A stretch of DNA of 32,000 nt from Candidatus Saccharimonadota bacterium. GTDB taxonomy: Archaea; Nanobdellota; Nanobdellia; Pacearchaeales; GW2011-AR1. The stretch's first letter is position 1. Each line of letters starts with the position of its first letter. A program made the translations under genes and the position numbers. Under the pieces are notes generated by a model. That model was not told where the DNA came from and searched no databases. It saw only the letters and a program-made list of their open reading frames with translations. Positions 16,386-24,858 of this stretch are shown here, piece after piece. The stretch spans positions 60,001 through 92,000 of the forward strand of contig JAFCEL010000001.1 in assembly GCA_017609205.1 (NCBI GenBank), given 5' to 3'.

Positions 16386-17195
16386 CTATTCCATTAATCT
16401 GCATTTTTTACAGATTTTATTTCTTGCTGGTTCTCCACATCTTTCGCAATAGTTAATCTTGGTTTTTTTTATTTTTATTTTCTTAAAAAGCTTTTCAAAA
16501 TTTTTGATTGCATTTATTTTTACTTCTGAAGATAATTTTTCAGTGAACTTTCTTACTTGAATTCGGTAAGAATCGGGAGCGCAGGGACACTTTTCATAAA
16601 CTACTGGGAGTTTTTTCTGTTTGGAAAATTTCTTTATATCTTTTTCTGCAACATAAAATAAAGGTTTAATTCTTGGTATGAATTTCTTATCAGAAACATT
16701 CTTTGTAAGAACTCCAATGTTCCTACTTAGTTCAGGGCTTCCCTTAAGAATGTTCATCAAGAATGTTTGGACTTCATCGTCAAGGTTATGTCCTGTCGCA
16801 ATTTTGTCTGCCTTTAATTCTCTTGCTTTTTTATTTAAAATCCATTTTTTTATCACACCACAAACAGCACAATTTTTCAATCTCTTTTTTCCTGGCTTAG
16901 ATTGAATCGCAGTTCTTAAATAACACATGCCAGAGCCCATCTCTTTTTTCATATCATAAACATGAAGAGTTATTTTTAGTCTCCTGCAAAGTTCCTCAAC
17001 AGCGTTTCTGCATCTTTCACTATAACTTCCAATTTTCAAATCAATATGAAATCCCTCGATATTGTATCCAAATTTCTTCAAGAAATAGGCAGTAACAGTT
17101 GAGTCCTTTCCTCCTGACAGGGCTATAAAAATCTTTTCACGTTTTGATAATTTAATCTTAGACAAAGTCTTTTTAACTTGATTCTCAATATCCAT
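16386..17195 (-). CDS. PP-loop tRNA thiolation enzyme (TtuA/NcsA/TtcA family)
   Basis: SGGKDS PP-loop. Internal CAVCG and GHNLDDE. C-terminal zinc ribbon CERCG..CKKC. Confidence 0.8.
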   Translation of the reverse strand: MDIENQVKKTLSKIKLSKREKIFIALSGGKDSTVTAYFLKKFGYNIEGFHIDLKIGSYSERCRNAVEELCRRLKITLHVYDMKKEMGSGMCYLRTAIQSKPGKKRLKNCAVCGVIKKWILNKKARELKADKIATGHNLDDEVQTFLMNILKGSPELSRNIGVLTKNVSDKKFIPRIKPLFYVAEKDIKKFSKQKKLPVVYEKCPCAPDSYRIQVRKFTEKLSSEVKINAIKNFEKLFKKIKIKKTKINYCERCGEPARNKICKKCRLME

Positions 17196-17261
17196 AAAAA
17201 AAGAAATAAAGAGATTTTATAAATTTTCTAATAAAGCTGTTTGATGGAGGGGTTGTCTTCA

Positions 17262-17471
17262 TTAACGACAACCACAGCTTTCCCCATAAACAGCCCTACA
17301 ATCTGCTAAACCGCAATTGCTTTGTGATGTGCAGGAATTATCATAATCTGAAGAGCAACTAACTAAATTTTCCCTTCTGGATTCTGCATCAACATTGGTT
17401 ATAGTTGCTGCGACAATCCCTATAAACACAAATAAACCTGCAATAATTCCTGCAATTATCCATAAGTTCAT
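17262..17471 (-). CDS. small membrane-anchored Cys-rich protein (69 aa)
   Basis: GAGGT lies 5 nt before the ATG. N-terminal TM (LWIIAGIIAGLFVFIGIVAA), then a 31-aa tail with 7 Cys (SCSSDYDNSCTSQSNCGLADCRAVYGESCGCR). Confidence 0.5.
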   Translation of the reverse strand: MNLWIIAGIIAGLFVFIGIVAATITNVDAESRRENLVSCSSDYDNSCTSQSNCGLADCRAVYGESCGCR

Positions 17472-17530
17472 TTTAACCTCGTTAATTTAATTAGAGATAA
17501 TAGTAACTAAGATATTATATTCTCTTTGGC

Positions 17531-17542
17531 GAAACTAGTTTC
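17531..17542. promoter_or_regulatory. perfect 12-bp palindrome GAAACTAGTTTC upstream of the Cys-rich peptide gene
   Basis: Read directly from the sequence. It lies between the wHTH gene stop (17566) and the A/T-rich promoter region of the 17471 gene. Candidate operator, function inferred only. Confidence 0.3.
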
Positions 17543-17565
17543 ACGTTTCTTTTATTCTTATAATA

Positions 17566-18048
17566 TTAAAAATTAGAATATTTTAAAACAACAATATTGT
17601 TCATTCCTCGACGTTTTCTTTCGATAAATTGTTTTGCTTCTAGCTTATCAAGCATCCTAGTTGTCTTTACTTTTCCTATTCCAAATTTTTCCATAAGAGT
17701 CTTTTGAAAAACAGCACCATTTTCCTCTTGTAAGAATTTAATTACATCCTTCTCCTCCTTGCTTAGCCCTTCGGTATTAAGTCTCTTTTTTCTCTCCTTT
17801 ATTTTCCTTATAACAACCTTCTCTTTAGGCTTTGTAAACATTATAACTAAACCTATAATAAAGATAATAGAAGTTATACTTAAACTAATCCCTGTTTGAA
17901 TATTCAAACCAGTATACATTCTACAACTTGATCCGTGAGAACAACTAAGTCCTAGTGAATCCCTCAGAACAGAATTAAAAAGGAGAACTATAATTACCAT
18001 TACAATTGAAATTCCAATAATCAACAATCCAACATTTTTATTTTCCAT
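17566..18048 (-). CDS. membrane-tethered winged-helix transcription regulator
   Basis: Two TM helices bracket an extracytoplasmic CSHGSSC motif. The C-terminal part is MarR/TrmB-like wHTH (EEKDVIKFLQEENGAVFQKTLMEKFGIGKVKTTRMLDKLEAKQFIERK). Confidence 0.7.
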   Translation of the reverse strand: MENKNVGLLIIGISIVMVIIVLLFNSVLRDSLGLSCSHGSSCRMYTGLNIQTGISLSITSIIFIIGLVIMFTKPKEKVVIRKIKERKKRLNTEGLSKEEKDVIKFLQEENGAVFQKTLMEKFGIGKVKTTRMLDKLEAKQFIERKRRGMNNIVVLKYSNF

Positions 18049-18049
18049 T

Positions 18050-18484
18050 CTAGTGGCAGTGTCTTACTCCCTTTTTAATCATAAAATAATTCACAGGATA
18101 TGATGCTATAAATCCTCCAGCCAATGCCAGCAACATTCCTATCCAAAAAATTGGTCGGCTTAAACCCGAGGACATTACTCCTGGCGTGAAAACTTCTATT
18201 AACACCTCTGCTGTTTCCATCACAGCTATTGATACAAACCCGGCTATAAATATTATCTTAAATGATTGTTTAAATGTTCTTCCTCTCTTTAGTAGTGGAA
18301 TAACCCCTAAAGAAAATCCAAAAATAAATCCCATAAAAACACCAATTACCAATGAAATCCAACTTACCAAACCCAATGCAACACCAATTATTACTCCGAC
18401 AACTTCTCCTAATCCACAACCAAGTGAGCAATGAGCTGTTGTCCAGAATGCCAACTTGCCTGTAGATTCATGTTTAGACTTCAT
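18050..18484 (-). CDS. DUF4396-family integral membrane protein
   Basis: WTTAHCSLGCGLGEVVG motif and 4 TM helices. Start placed at an internal ATG (MKSKHE) to limit overlap with iscU. Longer starts up to 18535 are possible. Confidence 0.65.
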   Translation of the reverse strand: MKSKHESTGKLAFWTTAHCSLGCGLGEVVGVIIGVALGLVSWISLVIGVFMGFIFGFSLGVIPLLKRGRTFKQSFKIIFIAGFVSIAVMETAEVLIEVFTPGVMSSGLSRPIFWIGMLLALAGGFIASYPVNYFMIKKGVRHCH

Positions 18485-18866
18485 TTTTCTTTTTTTCATA
18501 ATCTTCAATTGCTTTTTTAAGAGCATCACTTGCAAGATTTGAGCAATGCATTTTTATTGAGGGCAATCCCTTAAGTGAATCAAAAATATCGTTTCTTGTT
18601 ATTTTCTTGGCATCTTTTAATTTTTTTCCTTTAGCCAATTGAGTTATCATTGACGAAGTTGCAATCGCAGCAGCACATCCAAATGTTTTAAATTTAATGT
18701 CTTTTATTATTTCTTCTTTGTTTTTATTTTTTCCAACTTTAATATAAATCCACATAACATCTCCACAAATAGGGTTTCCAATCTTTCCAACTCCATCAGG
18801 ATTTTTTATTTCTCCCATATTTTTCGGATATAGAAATTCTTGCATTACTTTTTTTGAGTACTTCAT
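18474..18866 (-). CDS. iscU: IscU/NifU-N-type Fe-S cluster scaffold
   Basis: Three conserved scaffold cysteines in context: GNPICGD, FGCAAAIA, HCSNLA. 4-nt overlap with the upstream gene. Confidence 0.85.
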   Translation of the reverse strand: MKYSKKVMQEFLYPKNMGEIKNPDGVGKIGNPICGDVMWIYIKVGKNKNKEEIIKDIKFKTFGCAAAIATSSMITQLAKGKKLKDAKKITRNDIFDSLKGLPSIKMHCSNLASDALKKAIEDYEKKKNEV

Positions 18867-19216
18867 TTTAAAGATTTACTAAAGTCCTCCCCATATTTCT
18901 TTTTTGCTCTTTCCAATAATTCGTCATCTCTTCTTTCTATATCTCTCCAGCATACTTCTCCAGCTGCCGCAAAAAATAATAAGAAAATTATTGCTACTAA
19001 ATTTCCTTCGCCTCCTTTAAGATAATCTACGATTAAATAACTAGAGATAAATAAAAATAAGAGAGATATCATTTTAGAGATTAATTGAGGCCGAAATAAA
19101 ATCTCCCTAATAAGTAAAGGTCTTCTTTCTTTTGAATTTCTGTATTGTTTTATCTTGTAAATCCTCTCTCTTAATTTATCTTCTTTTTTATCTAAAATTT
19201 TTCCAATAAATTTCAT
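18863..19216 (-). CDS. two-TM hypothetical membrane protein inside the Fe-S operon
   Basis: 117-aa ORF with 4-nt overlaps on both sides (19213-19216 and 18863-18866), which argues for translation. No family recognised. Confidence 0.5.
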   Translation of the reverse strand: MKFIGKILDKKEDKLRERIYKIKQYRNSKERRPLLIREILFRPQLISKMISLLFLFISSYLIVDYLKGGEGNLVAIIFLLFFAAAGEVCWRDIERRDDELLERAKKKYGEDFSKSLK

Positions 19217-19410
19217 TTTCTATTCAACTTCTTAACCAATTCATCAATTTCTTTGTCAGACATTCCATGTGCTTTGCATCCGTCTTCGAGAATTTCCTGC
19301 TGTGCCATCGGACATCCACAACACCCCATTCCAGCACTAAATAAAATTTCAGCTGCTTCTGGATTTTTCTTTAAGATTTCTGACATTCTGGATTTTTTTG
19401 TTATTTTCAT
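19213..19410 (-). CDS. DUF1858 / hybrid-cluster-protein-associated redox disulfide domain protein
   Basis: AGGAGGT lies 4 nt before ATG 19410 (MKITKK..). Motif SAGMGCCGCPMAQQE..LEDGCKAHG. Confidence 0.7.
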   Translation of the reverse strand: MKITKKSRMSEILKKNPEAAEILFSAGMGCCGCPMAQQEILEDGCKAHGMSDKEIDELVKKLNRK

Positions 19411-19441
19411 TTTACCTCCTGACATGATTTATGATTATTGC

Positions 19442-20587
19442 TTAACTCAGCGGACTCAATCTTCTTAACTTTTTAACAATACCAGGGAGTGTCTTTAAGA
19501 AATAATCGACTTCTTCATCTGTCGTGAATTTGCTTATTGAGATTCTTATTGAAGAATTTGACTGAATAGGTGAAAGTCTGATTGCTTTGAGAACATGACT
19601 TGATTCAAGAGAGTGTGATGCACATGCAGAGCCTGTTGAGGTCATGATTCCTCTTTGTTCTAAATAGCCCCCAATCGCCTCTCCTTCTATATTATTAAAA
19701 CTAACATTAATATTGTTGCATAATCTTTTATTCCCCATTGGTCCATTCAATCTTACATTTTCAATTTTTAGAATACCATCAATTAATTTATCTCTTAAAA
19801 TCTTCATTTTTTCTATATCTTTTTTGTTCGCAACATCTACTGCTTTTCCAAATCCTACAATACCAGTAATATTTTCTGTGCCGCTTCTCATTTTTCTCTC
19901 ATGTCCTCCTCCATGAAAAAAGGGCGTTATTCTAATTCCTTCTCTAATATAAATAGCTCCAACACCCTTTGGTCCATGAATTTTATGGGCATTCAATGTA
20001 ACTAAATCTAAATTTTGCTTTTTCACGTCAATAGGAACTTTTGTAAAACTCTGGCATGCATCTGTATGAAGCAAAACATTTTTTTCTCTGCAGATTTTTC
20101 CAATTGCTTCTAAATCCTGGATTGTTCCAATTTCATTATTTCCATGTATTACTGAAACAATAATTGTTTTTTCTGTAATTGAATTTTTTAATTGCTCTAA
20201 ATTTACAAAACCCTCTTCATCAACATCAAGATAAGTTACTTCTGCTCCTTGTGTCTCCAACCATTTACAGGTATTTAAAACACAATCATGGTCTACCTTT
20301 GTAGTTATAATATGATTCTTTTCAGGATAATTCTCAAAAAATAAACCTTTTAATGCCCAATTATTGCTCTCTGTCCCACCTGATGTAAAATAAATTTCAG
20401 ATTTCTTAGCATTAATTGACTTTGCAATAATCTTTCTTGCTTTTTCCATGGCCTCTCTTGCCTCACGTCCTTTTTCATGAACCGACGATGCATTTCCGAA
20501 TTTCTCATTGAAATAAGAAAGCATCTCTTTCAAGACTCTTTCATCGATTTTTGTCGTTGCTGCATTGTCAAAATATATCTGTTTCAT
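19442..20587 (-). CDS. iscS: cysteine desulfurase (NifS/IscS class V aminotransferase)
   Basis: IYFDNAATT, PLP-lysine context LNAHKIHGPKGVG and catalytic-Cys loop STGSACAS. ATG 20587 overlaps the arsR TGA (ATGA). The longer start at 20602 is less likely. Confidence 0.9.
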   Translation of the reverse strand: MKQIYFDNAATTKIDERVLKEMLSYFNEKFGNASSVHEKGREAREAMEKARKIIAKSINAKKSEIYFTSGGTESNNWALKGLFFENYPEKNHIITTKVDHDCVLNTCKWLETQGAEVTYLDVDEEGFVNLEQLKNSITEKTIIVSVIHGNNEIGTIQDLEAIGKICREKNVLLHTDACQSFTKVPIDVKKQNLDLVTLNAHKIHGPKGVGAIYIREGIRITPFFHGGGHERKMRSGTENITGIVGFGKAVDVANKKDIEKMKILRDKLIDGILKIENVRLNGPMGNKRLCNNINVSFNNIEGEAIGGYLEQRGIMTSTGSACASHSLESSHVLKAIRLSPIQSNSSIRISISKFTTDEEVDYFLKTLPGIVKKLRRLSPLS

Positions 20588-20904
20588 TTTCTTTTTTTGC
20601 ATGTTTTACTCGCGCAACATTTGCATTCACAAAAGTTTTTTGCATGCTTATCAATTAAACTCAGTAAAGGGACGATTGTCTTCTTATTCAAGAAATAAAT
20701 TCTTTCTTTTCCTTTTTGTTTTGCCTCTACAATCCTACAATCTCTAAGACTTTTTAGAGCATGAGAAACCTTACTCTGCTCAACTTTTAATTCCTTCACA
20801 AGCTCTGTAACATTCTTTTCCTTTTCCTTCAGGGAAGTTATAATCGAAATCCTTAATGGATTAGAAAGATTGCTAAAAAAAATGTGGTATGTATTTGATT
20901 TCAT
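20584..20904 (-). CDS. ArsR/SmtB-family transcription regulator with Cys-rich C-terminus
   Basis: wHTH (NVTELVKELKVEQSKVSHALKSLRDCRIVEAKQKGKERIY) and tail CECKCCASKTC. First gene of the Fe-S operon. Confidence 0.8.
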   Translation of the reverse strand: MKSNTYHIFFSNLSNPLRISIITSLKEKEKNVTELVKELKVEQSKVSHALKSLRDCRIVEAKQKGKERIYFLNKKTIVPLLSLIDKHAKNFCECKCCASKTCKKRK

Positions 20905-20934
20905 ATGAAAAGTAATTCATATGACTATTTAAAT
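20901..20934 (-). promoter_or_regulatory. leaderless-type promoter with two TCATATGA palindromes (candidate ArsR operator)
   Basis: TCATATGA occurs at 20901-20908 (containing the ATG) and at 20917-20924, centres 16 bp apart. The minus-strand TTTAAATA box (20927-20934) lies 23-30 nt before the ATG. Confidence 0.4.
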
Positions 20935-20990
20935 GTTACCTTTTTTATTCTAAAGGAATTTCCGTTGTTTCTGGTTCTTTCTTTTAAAAT

Positions 20991-21218
20991 TCAATCAAGA
21001 AGATTTCCAAAAAGATGCGAAGCCAACCAAGTTAATTGATTTTCTCTATAAGATTTATATTCTACAGCAGCTACAATAAGAATAAAACAAAATAAACCAT
21101 AATAAGCCCAATAACCAATTTCTGTTTTTGCTAAACCAAAAAAGAATGGAACAAAAACTTGCCGAATTAAAATTCCTACTAGGATTCCTTCTATTGTTGA
21201 GATTATTTCTTTAATCAT
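20991..21218 (-). CDS. small two-TM membrane protein
   Basis: 75-aa hydrophobic ORF with an 8-nt overlap with the upstream small ORF. No family recognised. Confidence 0.4.
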   Translation of the reverse strand: MIKEIISTIEGILVGILIRQVFVPFFFGLAKTEIGYWAYYGLFCFILIVAAVEYKSYRENQLTWLASHLFGNLLD

Positions 21219-21417
21219 TTTTATCTTTTAAGATCCACCCCCAAACCTGAAAGAATGCTAAAAATAAAAAAAGAATCATAATCCAAAAAAATAATTTTTT
21301 ATCAGGTAAAGATAGATATAACCCCAAAGAAGTTAATGTTAACCCAACTAAATTTAAAGCATTCATAATTTCTTTGTCTATATTAAAAGATTTCATTTTA
21401 AACTCCACAATAACCAC
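21211..21417 (-). CDS. small two-TM membrane protein
   Basis: 68-aa hydrophobic ORF, co-directional with and overlapping the next. No family recognised. Confidence 0.4.
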   Translation of the reverse strand: MVIVEFKMKSFNIDKEIMNALNLVGLTLTSLGLYLSLPDKKLFFWIMILFLFLAFFQVWGWILKDKND

Positions 21418-21530
21418 ATCTTGCAGTATAAATAAAAATAGAGAAACTGATATAAAAAACTATCTCAAAATCTCTGATTTTGACTAAATGTGCGAAGCAC
21501 TAAGGCGACTCATTTATTTTTACAGAACAA

Positions 21531-21601
21531 TGGGCGCGGAGGGAATCGAACCCCCTTCTGGCGGGCTGGAGCCGCCCGTAATACCAGTATACTACGCACC
21601 C
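21531..21601 (-). tRNA. tRNA-Trp (anticodon CCA), no intron
   Basis: Reverse complement: acceptor GGGTGCG/CGCGCCC, anticodon arm GGCGG-CTCCAGC-CCGCC, T arm GGGGG-TTCGATT-CCCTC, discriminator A. Confidence 0.85.
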
Positions 21602-21735
21602 CTTATTATCTATATAATTCTTATTAAAAAGTTTATCCTATCAGAATTGGCATTCATTGTTTGTAATTTTTGAGCAAAATATTTAAAAAGATAGAATCTT
21701 TAGAAGAGATATAAAAATAAAAGGAGGAAAAAAAC

Positions 21736-21996
21736 ATGAAGAACAAAAAAGGGTTGTCTGGCATCATAACAACAATTATGATTATTGGTATTGCTTTAGT
21801 AGCTGTTGGTGTTGTCTGGTATACTCTTAATGTTGTCGTAGGAGAACAAAAAGAGAATGTGGAAAATGCCTCTGGTGAGTTTTTCAAGACATGCTCTGAA
21901 GCAGGATATACCAAAATGAACAGTTCATCCCAAACTTGTGATGGTGCAATAAAGTACATTGGCGGAGAAATGTGTTGCACAGGAACTGTCAGTTAA
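21736..21996 (+). CDS. archaeal type IV pilin-like protein (class III signal peptide)
   Basis: AAGGAGG lies 9 nt before the ATG. N-terminus MKNKKG/LSGIITTIMIIGIALVAVGVVWY is the archaeal prepilin/archaellin-type signal. Cys-containing C-terminal domain. Confidence 0.7.
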   Translation: MKNKKGLSGIITTIMIIGIALVAVGVVWYTLNVVVGEQKENVENASGEFFKTCSEAGYTKMNSSSQTCDGAIKYIGGEMCCTGTVS

Positions 21997-22022
21997 ATTA
22001 ATTGATTTTTATTATCTTAGAA

Positions 22023-22511
22023 ATGAAAAATAAAGAAGAGGTAAAGCAATCTTTAAATTTTTTAATTTGTGAAAAAAAAGGTATTTCAGGGATTATAACA
22101 GTATTATTAATTCTTGCAATTACAATAATTTCTGCAGGAGTTGTCTGGTATACTATTCAAAATGTTTTAAGCTCCCAAACAAGTGAATTACAAACTTCTT
22201 CAAATTGTTTAGGCATCACTCTTGACATAGTTTCTGTTGGAGCATGCCCTGCTGGATCAACTTCCTGTAATGTGACTGTTGAAAGACGAGCTGGAGGAGG
22301 AGATATAAATGGGGTAAGAGTAATAATTACTGACGGCTCAAGTACTTTAATCGGAGATGGAAATGCAATGAGTGCATTAGAGATGGCCACTATAACTGCC
22401 ACAGGTTCTGCATTGGGCTCTGATGCTACAAAAGCAAAAGTAGCAGCATTAATTGCTGATAGCTCTGGAGAAAATTATGTTTGTGAAATAGTCGACGAGT
22501 ATTTATACTAA
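22023..22511 (+). CDS. archaeal type IV pilin-like protein (class III signal peptide)
   Basis: ..EKKG/ISGIITVLLILAITIISAGVVWY, followed by a beta-rich domain. Start taken at the first ATG (22023). The pre-sequence is unusually long (about 23 aa). Confidence 0.65.
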   Translation: MKNKEEVKQSLNFLICEKKGISGIITVLLILAITIISAGVVWYTIQNVLSSQTSELQTSSNCLGITLDIVSVGACPAGSTSCNVTVERRAGGGDINGVRVIITDGSSTLIGDGNAMSALEMATITATGSALGSDATKAKVAALIADSSGENYVCEIVDEYLY

Positions 22512-22674
22512 AATTAATTCTGAAGAATTTTATAGACCATTAAATTTAAAAAATATACATATTTAATTCTGATATGGAAATTAAACTAAGCAATTATCGG
22601 CATCATTAGAAGTCATCGGCTTAGTTTGGATTCTAAAAAATCTTTTAAAGTTAATTATATGAGTTAGATATAAT

Positions 22675-22747
22675 GGCGAATGTGGTCTAATGGCTATGAC
22701 GTACGGTTGTGGTCCGTGAGAAGAGGGTTCGATTCCCTCCTTTCGCC
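22675..22747 (+). tRNA. tRNA-His (anticodon GTG) with genomically encoded G-1
   Basis: G-1 (22675) lies opposite discriminator C22747. Acceptor GCGAATG/CTTTCGC (one U-U mismatch). Anticodon arm TACGG-TTGTGGT-CCGTG. T arm GAGGG-TTCGATT-CCCTC. Confidence 0.85.
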
Positions 22748-22750
22748 CTT

Positions 22751-23584
22751 TTATTTTGTTCTTCTTTTTCGATAGATTATAATTCCTGCAATAGTGCTAA
22801 TACCTAATATAAATATTATAATTAATATGCTTCCTGTTGTTCCTAAAGTACCAATAACTGCACCAGTAATTCCTGAAAAGAAACCTTGTGGAGGCTCTTC
22901 CTCTTCTCCTTCTTTAAAAGACAGAGCCTCAAAACAATCTGCAGGACAATTTTCAGGTGTTTCTCCTATACTGGCATCACATACACCATCTCCACAAGAA
23001 CTCAGATTTGCCCAGCTTTTATTGTATATTGTGACTCCGCTCCCCCCTCCTCCTTTTGAATATCCGCCTGCAGAATTTATTGTAAAGGTTGGTTTGTCCT
23101 TGGATTCAAAAACATTATTTCCAATAAAGGCCTCTAACCATGACTTATAATCTCCAACAACATAATTAGTTGTATCAAGAGTGATATTATATTCAAAATG
23201 CAATTCTTTTCCTCCAAAGCCGTAGCCATATCCGTAGCCGTATCAATATCCAAAATTATATCCATATCCATAAGCACTATCGTAGCCATATCCGTAGCCG
23301 TATCCATAATGATTATTTGAGGGTATGCTAATCGGGACTATAGTTATATCATCACAGCCAGAGATAGGATTTCCCTTAATATCAAATACACAAGAAGCAG
23401 AAGCAGGGCCTTTAATGACTAAGGTTAAATTCTTTACAGGGAGGTATTTATCCATTGATTGAATATCAAGAGCAGCAGTAAATGTAATCACCTCTCCTTT
23501 TACTGGAGAATTATTATCAATTGTCAGGCCTAATATAAAAGCCTTTACAGGACCAGCAAAGATAACGAATAAGATAACACAAGT
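22751..23584 (-). pseudogene. Gly-Tyr-repeat cell-surface protein gene interrupted by one in-frame TGA and lacking a canonical start for its signal peptide
   Basis: Track ORFs 23243-23491 and 22751-23203 are in the same frame, separated only by TGA (23243-23245): ..GYNFGY*YGYGYGYGFGGKELHFEY... The frame stays open upstream to 23584 and encodes a signal-like CVILFVIFAGPVKAFILG with no ATG/GTG/TTG. The C-terminus has CGDGVCD..ETPENCPADC, a TM anchor and RKRRTK. Confidence 0.6.
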
Positions 23585-23613
23585 TTATTAAATATAAAAA
23601 GATTAATTGATAA

Positions 23614-24753
23614 ATGAAAACCGAAGCTGTTAAAGGATTTAAAGATTATACAGGAGAAGAAGCCAAGAAAAGAGCAGAGCTCAAAAAAATCCTAGTTGAA
23701 ACTTTTGAAAAATACGGGTTTGAGCCAGCTGAGACTCCTGTAATTGAGTATGAAGAATTTGTTAAAGGTGAAAATAAAAAAGATGAAGCAGTTAGTGATA
23801 TTTACAAATTAACAGACAAAGGAAAAAGAAAACTTGCCTTAAGATATGAATTTACATTTCAGTTGAAAAGATTAATGAAAAATAAAAAACTTCCTTATAA
23901 GAGATATCAGATTGGAGAGGTTTTTAGGGACGAGCCAGTTTCTTCTAATAGATTCAGGCAATTTACTCAGTGTGATATTGATATTATTGGCTCAACATTA
24001 AAAGATGATGCAGAGGTCTTAGCATTAACCTCTGAATTAATGAAAAAGATTGGCATAGAATTTACAATTTATATTAATAATAGGAAATTATTAAATGAGG
24101 TTTTAGAAGAATATAAAATAAAACGAAAAAATAGAGAACAAGTAATAAAAGAAATTGACAAATTAGACAAACTTTCTGAAAAAGAAATTGAAAAAAATCT
24201 GAAAAAGTTCAATGCTGAAGATATTTTAAAAATTTTCAAAAAACCAGAATCTTATTTTAAAAAATACAAAGCTTATTCTGAAATTGAAGAATTAAAAAAG
24301 TTTTGCAAATATTATGGTGTTGAAATAAAGTTTTCTCCTTCGTTAGCGCGCGGACTTTCATATTATACAGGCACAATCTATGAAGTTAAGACAAAAAAAT
24401 TAAAAGAAACAATTGCAGGAGGGGGGAGTTATATTTTTAATAATGCCCAATGCACTGGAATTTCTTTTGGACTAGACAGATTAACTAAAATTTCAAAAAT
24501 TAAGCCAGAAAAAGAAAAATATCTTATTGTTTCTTTAAACCAGGATAAAGAATCAATCAAACTTTGTCAAAAACTCCGACGACAAAATAAAGTTGTTTCA
24601 ATTTATTATGGCAAGCCATCTAAGGCATTACAATATGCAAATAGTTATAGGATAAATAAAGTAATTTTTGTTGGCGAAAAAGAAGTTAAGTCAAAAAAAT
24701 TTAAAGTTAAGGATATGGGAAGTGGTTGTATAAAGCCACTACCTCGTTCTTGA
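23614..24753 (+). CDS. hisS: histidyl-tRNA synthetase (class II)
   Basis: Motif 2 context YQIGEVFRDEPVSSNRFRQFTQCDIDIIG, LALRYEFT, motif 3 AGGGSYIF. C-terminal anticodon-binding-like domain (YLIVSLNQD..VIFVGEKE). Confidence 0.85.
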   Translation: MKTEAVKGFKDYTGEEAKKRAELKKILVETFEKYGFEPAETPVIEYEEFVKGENKKDEAVSDIYKLTDKGKRKLALRYEFTFQLKRLMKNKKLPYKRYQIGEVFRDEPVSSNRFRQFTQCDIDIIGSTLKDDAEVLALTSELMKKIGIEFTIYINNRKLLNEVLEEYKIKRKNREQVIKEIDKLDKLSEKEIEKNLKKFNAEDILKIFKKPESYFKKYKAYSEIEELKKFCKYYGVEIKFSPSLARGLSYYTGTIYEVKTKKLKETIAGGGSYIFNNAQCTGISFGLDRLTKISKIKPEKEKYLIVSLNQDKESIKLCQKLRRQNKVVSIYYGKPSKALQYANSYRINKVIFVGEKEVKSKKFKVKDMGSGCIKPLPRS

Positions 24754-24830
24754 TTCTGAGGCACGAGCTGAGACCTAAAGATTTCCTAATGAATTTTTTC
24801 TAAAAAAGAAGATGGGGGGTTCCGTTAAAT
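24754..24830. repeat. GC-rich intergenic repeat, short copy A
   Basis: gaggcacgagctg (24758-24770) is identical to 31828-31840. ttttttctaaaaaagaagatggggggttcc (24794-24823) matches 28936-28972 and 31941-31979. Confidence 0.7.
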
Positions 24831-24858
24831 TTATTAAATTACTTTTGCTTAAATTCTT

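Noticed and set aside
21488-21980. Track ORFs 21488-21673 (+) and 21654-21980 (-)
   Set aside because: The first is the antisense/overlap of tRNA-Trp. The second is antisense to the well-supported pilin gene (SD + class III signal).
22751-23584. Genome-wide TGA-to-Gly recoding (code 25-like), suggested by the TGA sitting at a Gly position of the GY repeat
   Set aside because: All long conserved genes in the window (nrdD, malic enzyme, nifS, hisS, gltX) are intact under the standard code with no internal TGA. TGA also acts as a stop in tight ATGA overlaps (nrdG/malic enzyme at 12558-12561, arsR/nifS at 20584-20587). A single GGA-to-TGA mutation explains the site.
22675-24753. tRNA-His and hisS proximity as a functional unit or an island integration site at the tRNA
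   Set aside because: They are separated by an unrelated decaying gene on the opposite strand. I found no direct repeat of the tRNA 3' end downstream, so it is probably coincidence.
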